Assembly: GCF_018977255.1 (NCBI RefSeq)
Contig: NW_024704743.1
Coordinates: forward strand, 4,714,001-4,778,000
From: Callorhinchus milii
Taxonomy: Eukaryota
Direction of reading: 5' to 3'
Length of the DNA: 64,000 bases
How positions within the stretch are numbered: the first letter of the stretch is position 1; every line of letters begins with the position of its first letter. A program made the translations under genes and the position numbers. A model generated the notes under the pieces. It was not told where the DNA came from and ran no database searches. It saw only the letters and a program-made list of their open reading frames with translations. This document shows, piece after piece, positions 50,875 through 61,400 of the stretch.

Positions 50875-51399
50875 GTAGGTCAACATTTGGCAATATTACG
50901 TACGAATTTCAGCATGTTTCTCCGCTAATTCTTGTTTGTCGAAAAGGCACAATACCTTTTACATTTACACAGCAGCGCCTTTCAAGTCGTGTGGGGACAT
51001 CTCAAAGCACTTAACGTCCTGTCGATGTGAGAGGCGCTTTACAAATGTAATTTGTTGTTGTTGTTGTTGTTGTGGGGGGGAAATGAGTGGGTGGGGGAGG
51101 TGTTGGGGGGGAAATGGCCGAACTTGCAGTCAAAGAGGTGAGTCTTGAAAATGGTGTCAACCATCTTCTTTCGGCTTTTTCCATGGGTTGATTTTTCGTT
51201 TTTAGAAGCTATTTCTCCTTCGCGTTCTACGGTGCCGTTATGATTCGAAGGCCAAGAATTTATCTGGCAGCTGCGCTGACTGGCAAGCGTTCCTGCTGCT
51301 TGTCCAACTAGGACTGTCTTGCCCATTAAGGCTTTGGCTCTCAGGGTTAATGGAATTTGAGTGCAAGGTCCACAAGATACAGTGTTAAATCTAATTTGC

Positions 51400-51600
51400 A
51401 ATATATTCTGTGAAGCGCTTACGGATCAACGACGTGATGAGGCGCTATATCAAATGCAAGGATTATTATGGGACGTTGCTGTGCGCAATTGGCTGCCGCG
51501 TTCGCCCACAAATATACAGTCAATTCACTTTACAGTATATTCTGTGAAGCGCTTTGGGACGAAGCGCTGTATCAAATGCAAGGATTATTATTATTATTAT
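51400..51600 (+). mobile_element. Two tandem SINE family A 3' ends
   Basis: tgtgaagcgct...caaatgcaaggattatt occurs twice. Confidence 0.75.
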
Positions 51601-52355
51601 TGTTGAGGATCAGAGGAGAAATATTGGAGGAAATAATGGGCAGATGGTGGGACCTGGAAAGTGTGCTTCTGTAGAGGTGGGTGAGTGAGTGAGAGTCTAT
51701 TCTTTTCCCTTTGCCTCAACTCACACTCACCGTTCAAGTGCTCATCTGCTCATCAGAATATATCGTGAAGTGGATTAACTGGGTATTTTGTGGACGAAAT
51801 TACTCATTATACTGTATTCCCAAATATTTTCCCAAAGAAATCTTATCTAATTTGCATTTGAATGAATTGACCCTTTCAGCTTCCACCGAGTCTCCCAAGG
51901 GAGTCTGTTCCACAGATTCACCGCTCGCTCACTAAAGTAGTGCTTCCGCAGAATGGTTTTGAATTTACCCCCACTTCAATCGCAGTCTGTCTTCTGGTTC
52001 CGATGATCAAATGTTGTCTCTATGCTTTACCACAAAGTTAACACCGAGTTTCCACCCTCTTCCAATGCGTGCAAATGTTTGTCAGGCTCCGACCTTTGCT
52101 AATTGCTGTGCGATTCTTTCACCAGAAATTCCTTTCTTTTGTAGCCTTTTATCTTTTCCCGGATCTGGGTAAAAATAAATCATTTCCAACTGTTTCGAAA
52201 TGATTTTTGTAATACATTAATATTCAAAAGAAGATGTGAGGGCTGAAACTCTACCCGGTCTTAGCCTTAAAATGTTAAGATCGCATAGCATTTGTGTGTG
52301 AAAGTTTTCAAATTCAGTCTTAATTTCTTTTGCAAGCCACTTTGTCTTAAAGCAA

Positions 52356-52735
52356 TGTTCCTGTGCTGTAGTGGTTAGAGCACTTGCCTCGCAAGTGAGA
52401 AGACCTGGGTTTGATTCCCGGGCAGGGCGAAATGCTCGACAAGTTTCCTTACGCCATACGTCTCTGTTTAACTAGTGGCAATTGGTAACCCCGTTGTTAT
52501 TCGATTGGCAGATCGCTTTTCCTGAAGTAATAATCCCTTAAAACTAACTAAATAAAGAAATAACTGGGTCACTCAACTGGGACTGTTTGTGGGACACTGC
52601 TGAGCGCAAATTGACTGTCACATTTTGTCCACAAAATAAACAAAGTTAATTCACTTCACAGTATATACTCTGTGAAGCCTTTTGAGGCGTCTCGAAGAAG
52701 CAATAAGGCGCTATATCAAATGCAAGGATTATTAT
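52356..52735 (+). mobile_element. SINE family A, full length
   Basis: Head, body and tail. Confidence 0.85.
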
Positions 52736-53804
52736 ATTTATTTTTAGTCTGCTTTTCCTGTCAATTTATTTTACGGACGACTGAAAACCGACTTCAGAGT
52801 TAAGGCAATTCGACAATTTGCCAAAACCTGAGTTTGCTGAAATGCTACTTTAATGGAGTAAATATAGTCTTGGGTTGAATTTCTCCCCGTCAGTCCTTTT
52901 AGAAGCAGATTGATTCAGTGCACGACCGCTAACTTGTCTGCTGGGATATCTGTGAACGTTCACTTGCCACCACAGTCACTTAACAGTCTTTGCTTAGCCT
53001 TTGCCCCAGTTTCGTCAATGGCTTCCTTTCTTCCGGTGGATTTGTATAAGGTTGTACTGAGAGCCAGCTGAGATGCCTCTCGCTCTGGCAGGTCACCTTA
53101 CCGATTTAAAGCTGTTTCTACATATTCACCAAACACCTTCAGCGATGACCTCAACTCAGCCTCTTGGGGGGACGGTTTGGAAATGGATGAGCCAGCTGCC
53201 TTCGGTGCGTCAGATAACATACTCTGCCCTTGTAGAATGATTGGAGTCAGCAGCTTAGTCACCGCTTCACGATTAGAGTCCTTTGTACAAACCGTGGGCT
53301 TTACCACCCGTTGTTACCAATGTTAACATTTCTTTTAACATTTTTCTTTTCGGGTGCCTTTTTTGTGTGTGTGTGTGAGTGTGTGTGTGCGAGTGGACTG
53401 CCATGAGCTAACCTGGCTCCTCTGCTAGACGGCAGAGTGTCTTTCACAGCTTCGAGCACAGTTTTATCTGTTTGCATTTGGTATCATAAAAAAGCGCTGA
53501 CTTCAAAATTATAATAAAATTAATCCTTGCGTTCGATATGGCCCCTTATCGCTTCTTCAAGCTACTGGATAAATATTAATGAGCCACCAAACCAAAATGT
53601 CAATAGCGAGCGAACTCAGAGGGCATTTCCCACCGTGGATGATTGACAACGGCATTACAAGCTTTCAAATATATATATATATATGCGTACAAGGCATGAA
53701 CCGTCCCTTTTTGTGCAATTGACCAACACAAACAAGGTCACGTATAACATTTTGATATCAACGTATTTCTTTTGCTGTCAGTTTATGATCCTTTTATGAT
53801 TGAA

Positions 53805-54030
53805 TGGATCGATTTCAAGATCCTCGCACTTACCTGCAAGTCACTTCACACCCTCGGGCCTCCCAACCTCTCCAAACCTGCTGTCGCCCCATTTCCCCTA
53901 CTTGCCACCTCCGCTTAACCAGCTTGGGCTTTCTGCACCTCCTCGACCTCTTCCACTCCACCTTTGGCCGCCATGGTTTCGGCCGCTATGCCCCCTCCAA
54001 ACCTCTGGAACCCACTGCCTCAGTCCCTCC
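53805..54030 (+). mobile_element. Degraded L2 fragment
   Basis: gatcgatttcaagatcctcgcacttacctgcaagtcacttcac...ctctggaacccactgcct. Confidence 0.65.
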
Positions 54031-55053
54031 GCGCTCGGCCCACTCTTTAACCTATCCTGCTCGGACGGTGCTGCCTGATAAAAGTGTCTGTTCTTTGCGC
54101 TGTACGTGTATTCCTGTCCTCCTGCGTATAGGTGGGAAGCTGCTCTATACAAAACAAAACGTTGGTGCCTTGCGTGCATTTCAATAGAGTCTTCCCCTTT
54201 GTTGCCCCATTCAAAAGGGAATCGATGCAGATCATTGCGAGGGAGTGGAAATGGGAGATTTGCGTTGCACCAGAGAGCTTTCGTATTGTAATATTCAGAG
54301 GAAACTTGCGTTCGTCATGACGCATACAGATTAGAGACGACTCCTTAGGATTTGCTGTCCTTCCAGTTATGCTTTGCCAACAGTGGCTCCGCCTTGCCTT
54401 GCGCTAAGGATTTCTACGTGGGCGAGGCTGCAGTTGTTGGTTGTGCGATGATCTGGGGCAGGTGCCTGGCGACATCTTGACAGCGACGCTTTCTAACCTT
54501 GGCATCTGCTACATTACGTTTACGAGAGGACAGGGTGACGCACACCCTCACCTGATGTCGAGGGCTTTGCCTGTTCGAATGCAGCAATTGCAGACACGGC
54601 GACTTGCCTGGGATAACACTGTCGATCATATTTCAGCCGCCCAGTCCGTCCCTGGTGTGTGTGTGTGTTTTTTTTTCAACAGGAGACGGGAAACGACTGC
54701 ATAAAATGTCTGGCTGGTGAATTATTCATTCGCCCCGGGTGCACTTTGCGCAATGTACGTGCACTTTATCTGATTTAAATGAGTGTGGCTCTTTGCAGAG
54801 CCTAGTATATGAGGGGAAGTGGCAAACACGCACTTATTTGCTTGAGTTTCGTTACTTTTTTGTTCGTGGAGGATGGAAGGAAGGATCCGTTTAAATGCTA
54901 ACACGGCAGGAGATAACATAAGCGCTTTGTTAATCGGCTAAAAATGGATTTTAATGTTCGGATAACGCTGTTTTCTTTCACAAAAAGCGGAGATGAGGGT
55001 AAGTCCCAATGGCGTAGTGTGGGTGTAGGAGAAGGCACCTGTTCTCTGCCTAT

Positions 55054-55114
55054 TGTTTATCCCAACGACAGCTGTTTACCCAAATGACAGCTGTTTACCC
55101 CAATGACAGATGTT
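55054..55114. repeat. 19-nt tandem repeat, about 3.2 copies
   Basis: tgtttatcccaacgacagc / tgtttacccaaatgacagc / tgtttaccccaatgacaga. Confidence 0.9.
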
Positions 55115-56050
55115 GATAGGCAGTGATCAACCAGGTCTGCATTTGCCAACCACCGGAATGGTCCATTTTAAGTCCAGAGACACCTGGAGATGCTTTTACA
55201 CATTTTGTTACAACACAACACAAATTCTCATTTATATGTATATATATATATATATATAGTGGCTTTCACCTCGGGAGGATGTCCCGAGGCACTTAAAGAA
55301 AGAGAAAAGCTGAGGCAGAAGTGCCATCATTTTGGTCTTTTCTATACATTTAGAACACGCACAGGCTCACCATTCCCCCCTTGTCTGGACCGTAGTATCC
55401 CAACCGGTCTAATCAAGTAGCTTTGGGGTTCAATTCGGTCTGTGGAGTCTTTCATCTGTCGTTGTCTATTCTGACACCTGCTGGTTGTGAGAGCAATGCT
55501 CATCAAACACAGAACGAAACCAGAGGGAAACTAGTTAACGCGAACAGTTGAAATAATCTCCCCACCCACCCGCCCGCCCACCCACCCCCTAACATTCCCG
55601 AGGAAAACAGTGGAGGATGATCACTGCAAAGCGAGAGATAGGATACGCTTTCAGGCCTCGCTCTTCATTGGAGTCACGATAAAATCTCACCTGAATCAGT
55701 AAATTTCACCTTCAAGGTCCCAGCCACACACTCTGCACTCCCAATGTTCTCCGGTGAGGGGGAAGGTGTTATCCTGTAACAGAGGCAGGTTTATGAGCAA
55801 ACCGCAGCTGCCTGGTGCAGATTGCACATAATCTGCCCCGTAACACACAGTGGGGTTGATCTTGCATTATGTTGTAATGGAGAAATCCAGAGTTTAGTTA
55901 TGCTGATTTGGAGAGAAATGTCCACTCGGTCTCTATGTATTTTTGGAATGGAGTTCCCACAAGTTCGGTGTCACTACGTGATGTAGTTCCAGTTAATGGA
56001 CGATGCCCCCATGCCCCCAAATTAACCCCAGTGGCTTGCGTATTATAAAG

Positions 56051-56815
56051 AATAATAATATAATAATAATAATAATAATAATCCTTGCATTTGATATCGT
56101 CCTCACATCAGGAGGACATCTCAAAGCGCTTCACAGGATATCCTGTACGTTTATCAAATATATGGAGTCCTGTAGCTCGGTGGTTAGAGCGCTCGCCTCA
56201 CAAGCGAGAGACCTGGGTTCGATTCCTGGCAGGGCAAAACCTCGGGCAAGTTTCCTTACTCCATGCGCCCGATAATCCCTCCAGGAAATAAATAAAATAA
56301 CAACTTGTGAATCCACGACTGTTTGTGGGACACCGCTGGGCGCAATTGGCTGCCACATTTTGCCCGCAAATATACAGTCAAATCACTTCACGGTATAACC
56401 TGTGAAGCGCTTTGAGACGGCTGGAAGACGTGAAAAGCGCTATATCAAACGCAAGGATTGTTTTTATTATTATTATCCTGTAAAGTGTATTTACTGTGCA
56501 CTTTGCAGGTGAACATGGCAGCCAGTTTCGGCGCTGCAATGCTGCATGAATAGCCATGAAGTGAATGACCAATTTTATCTGAGAGATTGTTGGCCAGGAC
56601 ACTGGGAGAAACTCCCTCCGCTATTTTGCGGAATAATGCCAAGGGATCTTTAACGTCCGCCTGAACAGGCAGTCAGAACATCAATTTTATATCTCACCTA
56701 AAGAACGGCACCTCCGACTATGCAGTGTACTGAGTTCAAAGTCCCGACGTGGGGTTTGAACCCATAACCTTCTGACTCAGAGGCAAGATTGCTACCAGCT
56801 AAACTAGTCTGACAT
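56051..56815 (-). mobile_element. Deu-domain SINE (family B), antisense, interrupted by a family A copy
   Basis: Tail at 56051-56147; core and head at 56480-56815 (gggatctttaacgtccgcctgaacaggc; gaacccataaccttctgactcagaggc). Confidence 0.75.
56164..56476 (+). mobile_element. SINE family A (deleted variant) nested in an antisense Deu-SINE
   Basis: Head, body and tail; flanked by a tatcctgta direct repeat. Confidence 0.85.
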
Positions 56816-57343
56816 CTGTGCATTCCCCCCACGTATCACCCAGTACACGAGAAGTGGTGTTCGTCATGACCTAACGACACAGAAATCAGCTACATGTTAG
56901 CACTCAGGAAGCTACCAGATCTACCGGGCATCCACCTTGTATGCCATCCAGCTTATAAGGGCAACATTATAACGGGGTTACCTTTTATATCTCCAAATAC
57001 TGGCGCACTTAGAAGTGAGGGGTAAAATAGCTCCTACATTACAGCTGAGGGTTGGCAGTGTTATATTCTAAGTTCCTGTTGTTCTATCGCCTTTATCTAT
57101 CAATTCCTACACCTCACCCCACCCTGTCTGACTTTTACTTTGCAAGAGAGAGACATTTGGTGGACAATATCCCCCACAGCTCTGGTCCCTTGAAGTCAGG
57201 ATATAATCGTTGAACTTCCTTTTCACAATTGAGTACTATAATAATATGAATAATCCTTGCATTTGCTATAGCGCCTTGTCACATAACCACTGCCATATCT
57301 CTTTGGAATAACTTTCAATTTGTGTTGATCGATTGTTTTACAG

Positions 57344-57455
57344 GTCAGTAGATCGTCCTGCATAATGACCTCGCAACTGGTGGTAAAACTCTTAAGAACC
57401 AGAGAAGCAGGAGCAGCAGTTGACGTAAGAACATGGCCTCCTGTTTTAGATACAG
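57344..57455 (+). CDS. DIP2C: DIP2C exon (~27), 112 nt: VSRSSCIMTSQLVVKLLRTREAGAAVDVRTWPPVLDT(D)
   Basis: ttacag|GTCAGT ... ATACAG|gtagga. Confidence 0.95.
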
Positions 57456-57796
57456 GTAGGAGATGTGGGCTCAGAAACTGAGTGCGAAAAGGCTGTAATG
57501 CACCATGTAGGTAGACAACCTTCAAATTAATATCCCACTTGTGTCCACGACCTTTATTTTGCATAAGTACTCAACAGACCATTTTACTGACGTGTACATC
57601 AAGGGCACCTGTGTACACTGGGTTCTTCAATATCCCACGTCTGCCATTGAGACATTTATTTTATGGAATCACTGACATTATTAAAACCACACGTTCAAAC
57701 ATCCCACGTTCCCTCGCAACTGCTGAGGTTCTGCCCTCTGCACAAACTTGTTCATCAGCAAAAGATTGGATAGGGTTGGATGAAGAACGAACAAGG

Positions 57797-57799
<3 letters not shown>

Positions 57800-57839
<40 letters not shown>
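57800..57839. repeat. (GA)n microsatellite
   Basis: Visible directly. Confidence 0.95.
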
Positions 57840-57841
<2 letters not shown>

Positions 57842-58385
57842 TCTGGGTTAAAGGAAAAAAGGTGGCAGAGAGTAAACTTTCATTAGCTTTCCCGATGCCG
57901 CATGAAAAATTTACATTTATGCAGACTCCAGGGTTCCCAAACCTTGGCTCTGCCAACCTGTGCCCAATACTTTCTAGAATCGGGCAACCAGGCCGTTTCC
58001 TTCCAGGGAGTAGAGTGCCCGTTCCACTCCAGACACCGGGAGCTTCCCACATATAGGTGGCATACTCTTCTGTCTGGTTTGGGTACTCCAACACAAATAC
58101 AGGCTCTTAACTCTTGTCGGTAAGCGCTTGAGAGGATGCTCTTGTTTCGGTTTGCGTAAAGCAGTGGCAAAATTGTTCCTCAACTGCTCTTTAGAATTAT
58201 TGGAGGGCCGAGATTGGTGGCGGTTATTGATCCGGGTGGAACCGCTCAGAAAAAAAACATTCAGCCCAATCTTGGGATTTCCAATCTTGACAATTCTGTA
58301 CAGTAACTGCACACCAAGAGCGGTTTGAGTTGAACTACTCAGATTAGACTCGCGGTCAAATTTAAGTACGCTCATTTTCTTTCAG

Positions 58386-58495
58386 ATGATTTACCAAAGA
58401 GACGGCCTGCCCAAATATACAAACCCTCAAACCCCGACACTCTGGCCTACCTTGATTTTAGCGTATCCACCACGGGAATGCTAGCTGGGGTGAAG
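58386..58495 (+). CDS. DIP2C: DIP2C exon (~28), 110 nt: DLPKRRPAQIYKPSNPDTLAYLDFSVSTTGMLAGVK
   Basis: tttcag|ATGATT ... GTGAAG|gtaaga; contains the degenerate P-loop (A3) of the second adenylate-forming domain. Confidence 0.95.
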
Positions 58496-61400
58496 GTAAG
58501 ATGTTACAGATATCACTGTCACGTTCATGAGTCTTTTGTCTTAATGAAGAGTCACCCGAAAAGAGTGTTTGTTCTGTATCATACGTCTCGTCTTCCATAC
58601 CAAGATAATTACCTGCAGAATAATGACCGAGGTTTAAAAAGGGAAATTGGGAGAGGTTATGTTTGCATGGGACTATGGAAACATGAAGCATTTTGGCTGC
58701 TTGGATCCATCTCCGGGCAGTCCTCTGCAGTTACCGTGCTCCCCGTGCCGATGGTAAAACACACTGTGACTTGTCATGACGCACCACTGCGAGGGTTTGC
58801 CTTGCGGAGGTGCCATGGAAAAGTATTACCAATGGAAGGGTCGGAGATAGAGTCATCCTGAACCACTGCAACTCACCTTCTGGGGCTATCGCTCCAGATT
58901 GGTGTTGGTGAGAACTGGAAGCAACTCTTATCTCTCCCTCTTGTCCAAGTGGGAACGAAGTGAGAAATATTCAATAATATGGCCATGGGGATAAAGCTAA
59001 TCTCACCATCACTTTATTCTTGGATGCATGCCTGATATGGATTTGAGTAGCCAAGTATTATTGCATTGATAAGGTAGCTTGTTCTTTAGTTTTGTTTGTG
59101 TATATAAATTAAATGAAATTAAATAATTATGTACTGTTCTGTACTGTTCATCAGTCTTCGCATAACATCATTGTTGCGCAGGTTAATAGATTTAATGTAG
59201 TGAATGTGGTCACTTTTGCATCACTGAGGATTGATAAACTACTTGGATTAGACTTGCAATGCAATCTTTCATTGGCACTTTTGGGGACAGAATTACTGTA
59301 GATTATTATTCATTTTCTTTCTGTTGTTTTAACCAAGAACAACATTTTTTGTGGGACATTACTGTGTGCAAATTGGCTGGCGTGTTTTCCCACAAAATAC
59401 ATGACCTCCCCTCTTTAGAGCATACCCCATGAGGCGCTTTGAGACGTCTCAACGACGTGATTAAGGTACTATACCAAACGCAAGGATTGTTAGGATTATT
59501 ATCGATCCTCAATCATCCTCTGGCAGTCACGTTTTCTGTTAGCCCAGCCCAGTCCCTTTCGAATATAAAGCGTAGAGTTTGACATAAAGCTTACCTCACA
59601 AACTGCTTGAGCTGTTGACTTGTCTGTGCCCCTGACAATATCGTCACCGATAAACTGCTGACTTCCAGAGCGCCTTCACTGACCCGATCGTGGGCACATA
59701 ATAAGGCCACAAAAACTGCTGGGTTTCAATATGGCCGTTAAAAATAAATAACATTCTGGCAATCTGGTCAGGAGACTGTGCTTTGTACAGTACAAAGTAA
59801 GATGAGATACATCTGTCAGTCTGGACATGACTGTCTGCGATTGTGTGATAAATTTGACCTAATGTAAGGAAGCTGAACGACCTTTTTTTTTTGCCAAGGT
59901 ACATTCAGGTTTACAGTGTTAGCCTTGTTGTATTGGGGAGAATAAACCCATCAGTCTTATCTTGAGACCAAATTCAGTTGTTTTCAGCGGGACTTTGTTT
60001 ACCTGGGAATAAGTCAGGAATTAACTCTCCTTTGCCCATTAGTGAAGGGTTCAGTCAACTGGCTGAATAAATCAGGCTTCAGTACAGAAATTATTATGAA
60101 ATGAAACAACTGCACATTGAAGACTGGGGAGAAACCGGGCAGTTTGATTAGGTAGTCAGCTTGGAAAAGCAACGTTCAGTGGGCAAGCAGCGGTGGTAGC
60201 GATTGCAAAGTTTCCAATTATTTATTTACGATAAAATAAAATCGAATGGAGTCCCGCTGTTGGGAGACTTGGAGAGTAGAATTGTTGCGTTGCTGGGAAT
60301 AATATTCGTTTAATTATGATTTATTCCCTCGGGTAACTTAAATGTTCCATTTTTACATAATTGGTGGAGGAAGTTCTATAGATTGCTTTATTATACAAAG
60401 ACTCTCTCTCTTTATTTTCGACCTCTCAAGGTTCCCGATGTTTTTAAGCATAAAAGATCTTTGTTCTGATCTCTAGTTACTAATGGAGTGAAAGGGACTG
60501 CAAATACGAGCAGATATCCAGCAGATCAACTTTACAGCTAATTAGGATATTTCCCCCCCAGTAAGTACCTACATTAGGATAAGAACCAAACAAGACTTAA
60601 AAATGCCAAGCCCTACTCTTATTAAACCAAGTCATCATCCTTGTGAGGTTCCAACGCATACCGATCGCTAAAAAGAACAACCTTTACGATTCAATTTTAA
60701 CATTGGTAAAATCCCATTCTTAGCAAAAATACAGATTTTCCTTATTGACCAGAGTGTGTTAGATCTGAGGGGTCGATATGGTGCTAATATCCCTTAGATT
60801 CGAAGCTTTTTTTTTATTTCCAAGGTGATTTGTTTCTCTCTCTCCAGAAGACAAACACTGTAGACTTGTCTTCCGCAAGCAAATTACTGCGGTGGCAAGT
60901 GTTTTATTTGTGTTAACCGTTAACTTGCTTAGACACAAACTAAGCCTCTTTGACTCCATGCAGCCGTATTTGTGGCCTGGCCTGCTTCAAAGTAAACGTA
61001 GGCAACAAAATTCAGCCGAGTCGGCAGGAAATGATTCACACATATATATAATTGAGCGGCTAAATGGTTTTATATATTAATTCCTTCCCCGGTGACTGCT
61101 TTCCTAACGTGCCAAAAGAATTCCTCTCGAAACACTTAAGCCCCACCTCAGATGGCGCACAAACATGTACTCGATGTCGCAGCAGAATAAGTGTTTGTTT
61201 TCGTTTGCGATGAATACTTACACGGAACAGGGCATGATGTTCTTCATCCATGAAATGTGCACGTGTCGGACGTTAATTGTTTCTGTGCATTAAATGTGAT
61301 GCCGAGTCTTGTAAGAATGTCCTCGCCGAACGAACGAAGGGTGTAGTTCACTCGTCGATGCCCCGTCTAGAGTTGTAGTGACTGACCCTTATCTATTGCT

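Noticed and set aside
232..59500. Recurring ~35-60 nt palindromic motif suggestive of a CRISPR-like array
   Set aside because: Spacing is irregular and kb-scale, both orientations occur, and the motif is always part of SINE/L2 tails in eukaryotic introns.
60418..60776. 11-bp inverted repeat (tcgacctctca/tgaggggtcga) as a MITE
   Set aside because: It is short with one mismatch, and I found no TSD or second copy.
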